DNA of 64,000 nucleotides from an uncultured Gemmatimonadales bacterium (lineage in GTDB: Bacteria; Gemmatimonadota; Gemmatimonadetes; Gemmatimonadales; Gemmatimonadaceae), in the NCBI GenBank assembly GCA_963851265.1, contig CAWKNZ010000002.1, positions 576,001-640,000 on the forward strand, read 5' to 3'. This document shows, piece by piece, positions 1 to 9,340 of the stretch (positions within the stretch are counted from its first letter, which is position 1; each line of letters begins with the position of its first letter). Both the position numbers and the translations under genes were made by a program. A model generated the notes under the pieces. That model was not told the origin of the DNA and made no database searches. It worked only from the letters and a program-made list of their open reading frames with translations.

Positions 1-346
1 GCACCGCCTTGAGCAAGCCCTCGTTGCCGATCGCGACGAGGTCGGCCAGTTCGAGGCCGCGTCCCTGGTAGCGCTTCACGTACGAGATCACGAACCGCAA
101 GTTCGCGGTGACGAGGCGTTCTGCGGCGGCCGTGTCGCCCAGGCGCGCGAGGTGGGCGAGTCGCCGCTCCTCCTCGACGTCGTTGATGAGCGGCAGACGC
201 TGGATGTCGCTCAGGTACTGGTCGAACGACGTGCTCGCGGCGAAGGGGGAGGGGAGCGTCGTTCGGCCCGAGGGCGCGAGGGGGCGCGACATCGACCGGG
301 CGGGAAGGGACGCCGTGGGGCGGGACGCGGCGGGCACACGCTGCAT
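1..346 (-). CDS. Sigma-70 family RNA polymerase sigma factor (RpoD/RpoS-like regions 1.2-2), 5' part only; runs off the window
   Basis: Manual translation (not in ORF track): ...FDQYLSDIQRLPLINDVEEERRLA...LVTANLRFVISYVKRYQGRGLELADLVAIGNEGLLKAV; ATG at 346 preceded by GAGAGG. Confidence 0.92.
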   Translation of the reverse strand, partial: MQRVPAASRPTASLPARSMSRPLAPSGRTTLPSPFAASTSFDQYLSDIQRLPLINDVEEERRLAHLARLGDTAAAERLVTANLRFVISYVKRYQGRGLELADLVAIGNEGLLKAV

Positions 347-430
347 GAACACCTCTCACGAGGGCGACGGCAGGTGGCGGGCGGCGCCGGGGTGGGGAGG
401 ACGGGGCGCGCCCAGGGCTAGTGCGGGAGC

Positions 431-445
431 GCCACGGTAATGCCA
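431..445 (-). promoter_or_regulatory. Candidate sigma-54 (-24/-12) promoter upstream of the sigma factor gene
   Basis: Minus strand TGGCATTACCGTGGC; GG and GC at canonical spacing versus TGGCACG-N4-TTGC. Confidence 0.35.
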
Positions 446-480
446 CGATTGGAGCCGGTCAATAGTGACCGGCCGGGCGC

Positions 481-654
481 TCAGCGACGCCGCGTCGACC
501 GCGGGCGCGCGGACGCGACGGCGAGCGCGCCCGCGACGGCGACGAGCACGAGAGCCGCCGTCCAGAGCGGTGGAACGTTGAGCAGCACGGCGCCGACGGC
601 GACGCCCGCGAGCAGCAGGGCGAACAGGGCCAGGTAGATGGCGGTCGGCGTCAT
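481..654 (-). CDS. Small two-helix membrane protein (57 aa)
   Basis: MTPTAIYLALFALLLAGVAVGAVLLNVPPLWTAALVLVAVAGALAVASARPRSTRRR; GGAGA upstream; follows the 3D-domain gene. Confidence 0.65.
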   Translation of the reverse strand: MTPTAIYLALFALLLAGVAVGAVLLNVPPLWTAALVLVAVAGALAVASARPRSTRRR

Positions 655-661
655 GAGGAGC

Positions 662-1474
662 TCAGTCTCCGAGGGCGACGAGGGACGCGATCCCCGGCCG
701 AGTGCCGAACCGTTCGGCGTCGGCGCAGTCGGGCGTCCAGATGTCGAGGTGGGTACCGTGGACCGCGCCTCCGGTGTCCTCGACGCGAAAGCGGCCGAGG
801 TAGCGACCGGCGGCAAAGACTTCGACGTGACGCAACATCGGAAAGATTCGCGGATCGGCGGCGACGATGCCGGCGCGCGTGGGGGTGCCCTGTCGCGTGG
901 TGCCGCGCAGGCAGTACGCCGTGAGCGTGACGGTGACGGGCTGCCCGGGACGCGCCCGCGCGGCGAGCGCGCGCAGGATCGGGAAGTCGGGCGTGAGCGC
1001 GCGGGGAAGACTGAGCCGCGGCATGATGAGTGGCGAGGCGAACGTGCGGAGCGCCGCGAAGGGCTTGGGCAGGCGGTCGCGCCAGGCGGCCGCGGCACCG
1101 GCCGCGCTGTCCGCGGGCGACGCGAGCACCTCGACCGGGTCGTGCCACCACTCGCTGAGCACGGTCACTGGCGCGTGGCGTGCGACGGTGTCGGCCGGCG
1201 GCGGTGCCGGTGCAGTACCGACCGGAGCGAGGATCGGGGCCGCGGGTGCGTCGCGGTCGGCGTGGCGGGTGGCCGCACGTCGGCTGAGGACGATCATCGC
1301 GGCGACCGCCAGCCAGCCGACGGCCAGCGCCGGGTGTGGCGTCGAGGACCGCCGGCGCGGTAACCGTTGCGGTAATACCTCGCGGCGGTCCCGCGGCTCG
1401 GGGTCGACCGGCTGTTCGTCCTCTTGCGGGCGATGGCCGAATGGCTGGTCGCCGAACCACTCGCGCTCGGTCAC
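662..1474 (-). CDS. 3D-domain (three-aspartate, MltA-like) cell-wall protein with N-terminal membrane anchor
   Basis: LTAYC...GIVAADP...VEDTGGAVHGTHLDIW; GTG overlaps aroB stop (GTGA). Confidence 0.8.
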   Translation of the reverse strand: MTEREWFGDQPFGHRPQEDEQPVDPEPRDRREVLPQRLPRRRSSTPHPALAVGWLAVAAMIVLSRRAATRHADRDAPAAPILAPVGTAPAPPPADTVARHAPVTVLSEWWHDPVEVLASPADSAAGAAAAWRDRLPKPFAALRTFASPLIMPRLSLPRALTPDFPILRALAARARPGQPVTVTLTAYCLRGTTRQGTPTRAGIVAADPRIFPMLRHVEVFAAGRYLGRFRVEDTGGAVHGTHLDIWTPDCADAERFGTRPGIASLVALGD

Positions 1475-2571
1475 GCGCTGCAGGCGGCCAGGGCGTCGCG
1501 AACGACCTGATCGGAGAGCGGCACGGTCCACCGTCCGCCGCCTTCGGCCATCGCGCCGATGCGAGTGGGGAGCGCGTACTCGATCGTGCCGCGCCGCGCC
1601 TTCTTGTCGAGGCGCATGCAGTCGAGGATGGCGTCTGCGCTGATCGCGGCCGGCGCCGTGATGGGGAGCGCGCCAGCGACGAGCGCATCGCGGATCCGGC
1701 CCGCGGTGCCCGACTCCGCGACATCCGCCAGTTCGGCGGCGGTGGCCTCGACGACCATCCCGATCGCGACCGCCTCGCCGTGGCGGAGGGCATAGCCGCT
1801 CAGCGCTTCCACGGCGTGGCCGATGGTATGGCCGAGGTTGAGCACGTGGCGTCGGCCTCGCTCGCGCGGGTCGTCGGCGACCACGCGCGCCTTGACGGCG
1901 ATGCTCGCGGCGATGAATTCGGCGAGCGTCGCGGTGTCGTGCGTCGGGTCCGCAGCCGCGAGCAGCGCGCTGGCGGCGGCGAAGTGGGAGGCGCTCGCGA
2001 TGACGCCGTGCTTCAGTGCCTCGACGGCTCCCGCCCGCAGGTCGGCGATGGGCAGCGTGGCGAGCGCGTCGGGGTCGACGACGACGAGTGCCGGCGGATG
2101 GAAGGCGCCGACGAGGTTCTTCCCCGCGGTCGTGTCGACGGCGACCTTGCCGCCCACGCTCGCGTCGACCATGGCGAGCAGCGTCGTCGGAACCTGGACC
2201 ACGGGCAGGCCGCGCATGTAGGTGGCCGCCACGAATCCGGCGAGGTCGCCGACGACGCCGCCGCCGAGTGCGAGAACGGCGGTGTCGCGCCCGCAGCCGG
2301 CGGCGAGCATCGCGTCCGTGAGCGCGGCCCACTCCTCCCGGGTCTTGTGCGCTTCGCCCGGCGGCACGGTGAGGAGCAGGGTCGGCCGGGTTCCCACGCC
2401 GTCGAGTTGCGCGACGACGGTGGCCGCATGGTGCGTTGCGACGGTCGCGTCGGCGATGACCACCCAGCGGTCAGCGCCGATGCCGTCGACGAAGGTGTGG
2501 AGGGCGCGGAGTGCGCCGGGTCCGACGAGGACGCGGTAGGAGAGGAGACCCGCCGCGGCGTCGCTTACCAC
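1471..2571 (-). CDS. aroB: 3-dehydroquinate synthase
   Basis: GEAHK, LGGGVVGDLAGF, PTTLLAMVDASVGGK, LNLGHTIGHAVE, HGEAV. Confidence 0.95.
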   Translation of the reverse strand: MVSDAAAGLLSYRVLVGPGALRALHTFVDGIGADRWVVIADATVATHHAATVVAQLDGVGTRPTLLLTVPPGEAHKTREEWAALTDAMLAAGCGRDTAVLALGGGVVGDLAGFVAATYMRGLPVVQVPTTLLAMVDASVGGKVAVDTTAGKNLVGAFHPPALVVVDPDALATLPIADLRAGAVEALKHGVIASASHFAAASALLAAADPTHDTATLAEFIAASIAVKARVVADDPRERGRRHVLNLGHTIGHAVEALSGYALRHGEAVAIGMVVEATAAELADVAESGTAGRIRDALVAGALPITAPAAISADAILDCMRLDKKARRGTIEYALPTRIGAMAEGGGRWTVPLSDQVVRDALAACSA

Positions 2572-3116
2572 GTCGCCTCGTCGGCCCCCGCCCGGTGGTT
2601 GGCGACGCGCGCGAGCACGAAGAGCAGGTCGGACAGGCGGTTGAGGTACATGACCACGAGGGTCGGCACCTCGACCTCGCGCGCGAGTGCGACGACGCGG
2701 CGTTCGGCGCGGCGGCACACGGTGCGGGCGACGTGGAGCGCCGCCGCCTTGGGCGTGCCGCCAGGGAGGATGAACGCGCGCAGCGGCTCGAGCTCGCGGT
2801 CGCCGTCATCGATCGCCTGTTCGAGCTGGGCGACGCGCGCCTCGCCGAGGTCGGCCTTGGTGAGCTGTTCGTGCATCCGGTCGCGGTCGGGCGTGGCCAG
2901 CAGGGCGCCGATCGCGAACAGGTCGCGCTGCACGGGGACGAGCACCTCGTCGATGCGCGGCATCAGTTCGATGGCACGCGCGAGGCCGAGTGCGGCGTTG
3001 AGTTCGTCGACGTCGCCGTACGCGTCGACGCGGACGTCGTCCTTGCCGACGCGGCCGCCGCCGAAGAGGGCGGTGTCGCCGCGGTCGCCCGTCCGGGTGT
3101 AGATCTTCAGGGTCAT
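2565..3116 (-). CDS. Cob(I)alamin adenosyltransferase, PduO type
   Basis: KIYTRTGDRGDT, AYGDVDELN, FILPGG, RTVCRRAER, YLNRLSDLLF. Confidence 0.93.
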   Translation of the reverse strand: MTLKIYTRTGDRGDTALFGGGRVGKDDVRVDAYGDVDELNAALGLARAIELMPRIDEVLVPVQRDLFAIGALLATPDRDRMHEQLTKADLGEARVAQLEQAIDDGDRELEPLRAFILPGGTPKAAALHVARTVCRRAERRVVALAREVEVPTLVVMYLNRLSDLLFVLARVANHRAGADEATW

Positions 3117-3197
3117 GGGCCGGAAGGTAGTCGGGGCGGCGTTTGGGGCGCTCTTACTTTGCGAGATGCACACATCGGACGGAACACCTTGGACGGC

Positions 3198-4262
3198 ATG
3201 AACGCACAGACCGGCTCGAACGGCCAGGCCCACCCGCTCGTCGACATCACGGTCATCGGTGGGGGTCCTGCGGGGCTCTTCGCCATGTTCTACGCCGGGA
3301 TGCGGCAGGCGACCGCGCAGGTGGTCGACGCCCTGCCGCAGCTCGGGGGTCAGCTCACGGCGCTGTATCCCGAGAAGTACATCTTCGACGTCGCGGGCTT
3401 TCCGCAGGTGCTCGCGAAGGACCTCGTGAAGTCGCTCGCCGACCAGGCGTCACGCTGGGACTTTCCGACGCACCTCAACCGCCGCGTGACCGGGCTCCGC
3501 GAGGCGCAGGACGGCGACGGCCGGCCGCACTTCGTGCTCGAGACCACGGACGGCGAGTTCCCGACGCGTGCGCTGGTGATCGCGGCGGGGATCGGGGCGT
3601 TCTCGCCGCGCCGGCTGCCGCAGCCGGTCGCCGAGGGGTGGTACGGGCGCGGCATCTACGACGTGGTCACCAACCCGGACCACTACCGCGATCAGCACGT
3701 GGTGATCATCGGCGGCGGCGACTCGGCGTTCGACTGGGGCACGCAGATGGTCGGCAAGGCGGCGCACGTGACGATCGTCCACCGCAGCGACCGCTTCCGC
3801 GCGCACGGCGCGACGGTGGCGGAGTTCAAGGCGCACGCCGACGCGGGCCGCGCCACGCTGCTCACCTTCCACGAGCTGGCGGACATCCGGGTGCACGCGG
3901 ACGGCGAGCGGTTCAGCCACCTCGTGCTGAAGGACGTCAAGGCGAAGACGACGCGCGAGATCGAGGCCGACGTGGTGCTGCCGATGCTGGGCTTCGTGAG
4001 CGACCTCGGGCCGCTGGCCGAGTGGGGGCTCACGCTCGATAAGGACGAGATCATCGTCAACTCGCGAATGGAGACCGGGCGCGAGGGGATCTACGCCGCG
4101 GGCGATGTGACGACCTATCCGGGGAAGCTCAAGCTGATCGCGTCGGGGTTCTCGGAGGCGGCGATCGCGGTGAACCAGGCCGTGCACTGGATCCACCCCG
4201 AAAAGAAGGTCACGCCGGGTCACAGCTCGAACATGATCGTGTTCGGGCAGAAGGACGACTGA
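3198..4262 (+). CDS. Thioredoxin-reductase-type ferredoxin--NADP+ reductase (YumC-like)
   Basis: IGGGPAG, GGQLTALYPEKYIFDVAGFP, IGGGDSA, GDVTTYPGKLKLI, C-terminal HSS; no CxxC. Confidence 0.9.
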   Translation: MNAQTGSNGQAHPLVDITVIGGGPAGLFAMFYAGMRQATAQVVDALPQLGGQLTALYPEKYIFDVAGFPQVLAKDLVKSLADQASRWDFPTHLNRRVTGLREAQDGDGRPHFVLETTDGEFPTRALVIAAGIGAFSPRRLPQPVAEGWYGRGIYDVVTNPDHYRDQHVVIIGGGDSAFDWGTQMVGKAAHVTIVHRSDRFRAHGATVAEFKAHADAGRATLLTFHELADIRVHADGERFSHLVLKDVKAKTTREIEADVVLPMLGFVSDLGPLAEWGLTLDKDEIIVNSRMETGREGIYAAGDVTTYPGKLKLIASGFSEAAIAVNQAVHWIHPEKKVTPGHSSNMIVFGQKDD

Positions 4263-4295
4263 CGGCCCGGCCGTCCCGGGCGCGCGTCGGGCGCG

Positions 4296-5228
4296 TCAGT
4301 CGTAGCGTACGCGGGGGTCGGCCTTCGCGTACGCCACGTCGGTGAGCATGTTCACGAGCACGAACACGCCGCTCAGGAAGAGCACGCTCCCCTGGATGGC
4401 GGGCAGGTCGCGGCGGCTGATCGCGTTGACGACGTAGCGTCCGAGGCCGGGCCACGAGAAGATGGTCTCGGTGAGGATGCTGCCCGTCAGGTAATAGCCG
4501 AAGTCGAGGCCGAGCACGGTCACCACCGGGACGAGCGCGTTGCGGAGCGCGTGTTTGGCGACCACCGCGCGCTCGGCCAGCCCCTTCGCGCGGGCGGTGC
4601 GCACGTACTCGCCGCCCAACACCTCGAGCATCGCCGAGCGGGTGACGCGGGCGAGGAAGGCGACGGAGCGGGTGCCGAGGGCGAGGGCCGGGAGGACGAG
4701 GTACCGGGCGCCCGCGAGGCCGGGCGCGTAGCCCGAGGCGGGGAGCCAGCGGAGGCGGACCGCGAAGAGTAGGATCGCGAGCAGGCCGACCCAGTAGACC
4801 GGGAAGGAGATGCCGAGGTACGCGGCGCCCAACGCGATCCGGTCGGTCGCGCCGCCGGGGTTGCGGGCGGAGAGCACGCCGAGCGTGACGCCCGCGACGG
4901 TCGCGAAGAGCATCGCCGTGCCCGCGAGCAGCAGCGTCTTCGGGAAGCGCTCGGCCACGTCGCGCGCGATCGGGCGGTCGGTGATGAACGAGCGGCCGAG
5001 GTCGCCGCGGAGCACGCCGCCCGCGTAGTGGGCGAACTGCGCCGGGAGCGACTCGTCGAGGTGGAGGTCGTGGCGGAGGCGGGCGATGGTGGCGGGGTCG
5101 GCGCGCTCGCCGACCATCTCCTGCACCGGGTCGCCGGGGGCGACGAAGAGGAGAAGGAAGGTGACGACGACGACGCCCGCGAGCGTCGGCACGGCGAGGA
5201 GCAGCCGGCGGAGGAGGTAGGCGCCCAC
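4296..5228 (-). CDS. Peptide/nickel ABC transporter permease (DppB/OppB type)
   Basis: YLLRRLL, PGDP, EYVRTARAKGL...KHALRNA, ETIFSWPGLG, DPRVR. Confidence 0.93.
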   Translation of the reverse strand: MGAYLLRRLLLAVPTLAGVVVVTFLLLFVAPGDPVQEMVGERADPATIARLRHDLHLDESLPAQFAHYAGGVLRGDLGRSFITDRPIARDVAERFPKTLLLAGTAMLFATVAGVTLGVLSARNPGGATDRIALGAAYLGISFPVYWVGLLAILLFAVRLRWLPASGYAPGLAGARYLVLPALALGTRSVAFLARVTRSAMLEVLGGEYVRTARAKGLAERAVVAKHALRNALVPVVTVLGLDFGYYLTGSILTETIFSWPGLGRYVVNAISRRDLPAIQGSVLFLSGVFVLVNMLTDVAYAKADPRVRYD

Positions 5229-5250
5229 GGGGCTCGCGCCTAACGGCTCG

Positions 5251-6921
5251 TCAGCGCGCCGCTCCGGCCGCCGCGCCCGCCGACGGCGGGGTGGCGGGCG
5301 GCGGGGTGGCCGCGGCGCCGTTGCTGTGGTCGACCGTCACGCCGAGCCAGCGCTGGCCGTTGTAGATGGTGGGCACCTGGAAGTTGCGGATCCAGGGCTG
5401 CACGGCGTACAGCGCGTTGTAGTGGAACAGGTAGAGCATGGGCGCGTCGGCGAAGGCCGTCGAGTCGGCCTGGCGCGAGAGGGCGGCGCGCTGCTGGTCG
5501 TCGAGCGTGCGGCGGGCGAGGGTCACGAGTGAGTCGACGCGCCGGTTGGCGTAGAAGCTCAGGTTGCCGCCCGCGCCCTTGCTCGTGGAGGCGAGCAGTG
5601 GCGTGAGGAAGGCGTCCGCGTCGGGGTAGTCGGCGAACCAGTCCTTCACCACGAGGTCGACCTGCCCGTTGCGGGCGGCTTCACGCACGCTCGGCGCGTC
5701 GCGCTGCACGAGGGTGGCGCGGATGTTCGCGGCCTTCAGGTAGCCCTGGATGGATTGCGCGATGCGCGAGACCGTCGCCTGCTGCGACGACCAGAGTTGC
5801 ACGTCGATCCCGTTGGCGAACCCGGCGGCGGCGAGAAGCTGCCGCGCGCGCGCGGGGTCATAGGGGTAGGGCGCGCGGTCGTCGGCGAGCGAGTCGAGCG
5901 CGCCCGGAATCACGCCCGAGGCGCGCACGCCGCGCCCGGCGACGAGGCGGTCGAGGATCGCCTTCTTGTCGACGGCCATGTTGATGGCCTGCCGCACGCG
6001 GACGTCGGCGAGCGGGCCGCGCGTGGTGTTGATGGCGACGTAGTAGAGCCGCAGCGCGGGCGCGCTCTGGAGGCGGGCCTGGCGCTCGTCGGTCTGCTCC
6101 CAGGTGCGCGTCTCGCCCTCGGGCACCGCGAGCACGTCGACCGTGCCGTTCTCGAACTCGGCGACCGCGGTGGACTGCTCGGGGATGATGCGCGCGGTGA
6201 GCGTGTCGACCGCGGGCGGGCCGCCCCAGTAGCTCGTGTTGCGCGCGAAGCGCAGGTAGTCGTCGTGCTTCCAGTCGACGAAGCGCCACGGCCCGGTGCC
6301 CACGGGGTGCTGCCCGAAGTCCGCGCCGGCCGACGGCGCGACGACCGACGCGACGGGCATGGCGAGCAGCTTGGGGAAGATCGCGAGCGCCGTGTCGAGG
6401 GTGACCTGCACGGTGCTGTCGTCGAGGGCGCGCGCGCCGGTGAGCGTGGTGCCGCGGCCCGCGGCGAAGGCGCGGGCGCCCTGGATGGCGAAGAGCGGCA
6501 GCGCGTTGCCGCCCTTCGTGGACGGGCTCAGCGCGCGGGCCCAGCTCGCGACGACCTGCCGGGCGATCAGCGGCGTGCCGTCGTGGAAACGCACACCCGG
6601 GCGCAGGTGGAACGTGTAGACGCGCCCGTCGGGCGAGACTTCCCAGCGCGTGGCGAGCCCGGGGGCGACGCGCGCGTCGGGGGTGAAGCGCGTGAGGCCG
6701 TCGAAGACGTAGGCGACCGCGCGCCCGGTGGGTACGTCGGTGGCGAGCGCGGGATCGAGCGAGCGCGGGTCGTACTCGTCGCGCGAGTCGACGAAGCCGT
6801 GCCGGTTCGGCGCCGCGTCGCCGCCGCGGCACGACGCGCCGGCGAGCAGGGCGGTGGCGAGGACGGCGGCGGAGCGGGTGCGGGAGCGCGGGAACGACGC
6901 GAACGGGGACGGCGCGAGCAT
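5251..6921 (-). CDS. Peptide ABC transporter substrate-binding protein, family 5 (probable lipoprotein)
   Basis: Lipobox-like LAGASC; SLDPA, YTFHLRPGVRFHDG, GTGPW, VRQAINMAVD. Confidence 0.92.
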   Translation of the reverse strand: MLAPSPFASFPRSRTRSAAVLATALLAGASCRGGDAAPNRHGFVDSRDEYDPRSLDPALATDVPTGRAVAYVFDGLTRFTPDARVAPGLATRWEVSPDGRVYTFHLRPGVRFHDGTPLIARQVVASWARALSPSTKGGNALPLFAIQGARAFAAGRGTTLTGARALDDSTVQVTLDTALAIFPKLLAMPVASVVAPSAGADFGQHPVGTGPWRFVDWKHDDYLRFARNTSYWGGPPAVDTLTARIIPEQSTAVAEFENGTVDVLAVPEGETRTWEQTDERQARLQSAPALRLYYVAINTTRGPLADVRVRQAINMAVDKKAILDRLVAGRGVRASGVIPGALDSLADDRAPYPYDPARARQLLAAAGFANGIDVQLWSSQQATVSRIAQSIQGYLKAANIRATLVQRDAPSVREAARNGQVDLVVKDWFADYPDADAFLTPLLASTSKGAGGNLSFYANRRVDSLVTLARRTLDDQQRAALSRQADSTAFADAPMLYLFHYNALYAVQPWIRNFQVPTIYNGQRWLGVTVDHSNGAAATPPPATPPSAGAAAGAAR

Positions 6922-7056
6922 GACTTGGGGCTGAGGACGCGGCGGCGTAAGGTAATCCGCCGCGGACCCCGGGTCCGCGCGTTGACCGCTCCGGTCACGC
7001 CGGAGAACTTACGCGCCGCTCATGTCCACCGATCTGGCCGTCCACCCGCCCACGTT

Positions 7057-9291
7057 TTGACGCGCGCCCTCGCCGCGCTCGCCGCCGCCCTGCTCGCGGG
7101 CGCCGCGGTCGGCGGCCCGCGGCGCGCCGGCGCGCAGGACCTGCGGTGCGAGCGCGGGGATCGCGAAGTGCGCTCGCTCCGCTTCACCGGCAACCGCGCG
7201 TTCAGCGACGGCGAACTCGCGCGCGTGGTGGTCACCACGCCCTCGGCCCTCCTGAGCGGCATCGGGCTCGGGCCGCACCGCTGCCTCAACCCCGACGAGT
7301 TTCCGCGCGACGTGCTGCGCCTCGTTGCGTACTACCGCAAGCGCGGCTACCGCACGGCCAGCGTCGACACGATCGTGCGGCCGACGGGCGGCTCCGCGGC
7401 GCGGCCGCACGTCGCGGTCACCTTCGCCATCCGCGAGGGGACACCCGTGCGACTCGACTCGCTCACGGTGGCCGGCCTCGCCGACGTGCGCCCCGGCCCG
7501 CGGACCCGCGCGCGCGCCGCGATCCGGCTACGCCCGGGCGACGTGTTCGACCTCGTGGCGCTGGAGGCGGGGCGCGACACGCTCCGCGACCGGCTGCGCA
7601 ACGGCGGCTACCCGCGGGCCGACGCGCTCCTCTCCTACGACACCGACTCGACGCGCCTGCGGGCCGTGGCCCGGGTGACGGTCGTGCCCGGGCCGCTCAC
7701 GCGCATCGGGCGGATCGTCGTGAGCGGCACCGGTCCCGACGGCGGCGCGCCGCACATCCCCGACCGGGTGGTGCGCGGGACGCTCGGCATCCGTCCCGGC
7801 GATCCGGTGCGGCTCAACGATTTGCTCGAGGCGCAGCGCACGCTCTATCAGACGGACGCGTACCGGCGTGTGGACGTGCGGCTCGACACGGCCGCGCGCG
7901 CGCCCCGGGCGGACGGCGTGGTCTACGACGACCTGTTCGTCACCGCCGACGAGGGCCCGCTGCGCTCCGCGGAGGCGTCCGCGGGGTGGGCCACGCTCGA
8001 CTGCTTCCGGCTGCGGGCCGACATCACCGACCGCTACTTCATTCCGCAGGCGCAGCGGCTGGAGCTGTCGGGGCGGCTGTCGCGCATCGGGGTGGGGCAT
8101 CCGCTCGCCTTCGCGCCCGGGCTGTGCGCGCCGCCGGCGCGCAGCGACGCCTACGGCGACACGGCCAACTACTACCTCGGCGCCACGGTGCGCCAGCCGT
8201 CGTTCTTCCGGCTGCGGCGCGTGCCGAGCGTCACGGTGTTCACGTCGCGCGCCTCCGAGTACAACGCGTTCGAGCGCGTGACGCCGTTAGGCGCGCTCTT
8301 CTCGCTCGCCTCGCGCCCGGGCTCGCGCCTGCCGAGCACGTTCACGTACCAGCTGGAGCGGGGGCGCACGGGGGCGAACGCGGCGGTGTTCTGCGCGGTG
8401 TTCTCGGCGTGCGACGACCTCACGCGCTCCGCGCTCGACCGCAACCGCACGGTGGGCACGCTCGGCTACGCGCTCGTGCGCAACCGGGCCAACGACCCGC
8501 TCAACCCGACGGCGGGGAACGTCGAGCGCCTCACGCTGCGGCACTCCTCGGCGCTCACCGGATCGGAGGCGACGCAGCGCTTCAACAAGGCGGTGGTGGA
8601 CGCGACGTACTACCGGACGGTCGTGGGCGGCGGCGTGTTCACCGCGCACGTGCAGGGCGGCACGCTGCTCGGCGACGCGCCGCAGCAGGAGCGGCTGTTC
8701 GCGGGCGGGCCGACCACGGTGCGCGGCTTCCGGCAGAACGAGCTCGGTCCGCAGGTCTACCTGCTGACCAACGTGGTCGCGGACACGGGGCGGGGCCGGG
8801 ACACCACGTACCACGCGGCGCCGGGCGCGGGGCCGGAGCGCACCATCCCGGCCGGCGGGAACACCCTCGTGGTGGGCAACCTGGAGTTGCAGCTGCGAAG
8901 CCCCGTTCTCCCGGACCTGCTCGCGGTGGCGCTGTTCACCGACGCGGGCGAGGTGTTCAACCGCGGGAGCGCCGGGACGACGGCGACCGGCGGCTCGCGC
9001 AGCCTGCGCGTGACGCCGGGCGCGGGGGTGCGCGTGCGGTCGCCGTTCGGCGCGATCCGGGTGGACCTCGGGTACAATCCGTACGCGGCGACGGCCGGTC
9101 CGGCGTACTACATCACGCCCGGCGACGCGCAGTCGCAGCGGCTGTACTGCGTGTCGCCGGGGAGTACGGGCGGCATCGTGGGCACGTCGGGGGCGAGCGG
9201 CCGCGGGTGTCCTCCCACGTACCGGCCGCCGAGTAGCTCCAGCTTCCTGCGCCGGTTGAATCCGAGCATCTGGATCGGCCAGGCGTTCTGA
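7057..9291 (+). CDS. tamA: Omp85-family outer membrane protein (TamA/BamA-like) with POTRA domains; start approximate
   Basis: Signal peptide ending AGA-Q, FTGNRAFS POTRA, GGPTTVRGF, SPFGAIRVDLG, C-terminal IGQAF; directly upstream of tamB-like gene. Confidence 0.85.
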   Translation: MTRALAALAAALLAGAAVGGPRRAGAQDLRCERGDREVRSLRFTGNRAFSDGELARVVVTTPSALLSGIGLGPHRCLNPDEFPRDVLRLVAYYRKRGYRTASVDTIVRPTGGSAARPHVAVTFAIREGTPVRLDSLTVAGLADVRPGPRTRARAAIRLRPGDVFDLVALEAGRDTLRDRLRNGGYPRADALLSYDTDSTRLRAVARVTVVPGPLTRIGRIVVSGTGPDGGAPHIPDRVVRGTLGIRPGDPVRLNDLLEAQRTLYQTDAYRRVDVRLDTAARAPRADGVVYDDLFVTADEGPLRSAEASAGWATLDCFRLRADITDRYFIPQAQRLELSGRLSRIGVGHPLAFAPGLCAPPARSDAYGDTANYYLGATVRQPSFFRLRRVPSVTVFTSRASEYNAFERVTPLGALFSLASRPGSRLPSTFTYQLERGRTGANAAVFCAVFSACDDLTRSALDRNRTVGTLGYALVRNRANDPLNPTAGNVERLTLRHSSALTGSEATQRFNKAVVDATYYRTVVGGGVFTAHVQGGTLLGDAPQQERLFAGGPTTVRGFRQNELGPQVYLLTNVVADTGRGRDTTYHAAPGAGPERTIPAGGNTLVVGNLELQLRSPVLPDLLAVALFTDAGEVFNRGSAGTTATGGSRSLRVTPGAGVRVRSPFGAIRVDLGYNPYAATAGPAYYITPGDAQSQRLYCVSPGSTGGIVGTSGASGRGCPPTYRPPSSSSFLRRLNPSIWIGQAF

Positions 9292-9340
9292 CCGGTCGCG
9301 ACCGGCCGCTCTCTTAACTTCGTTCGACCCCCGCTCCGCC

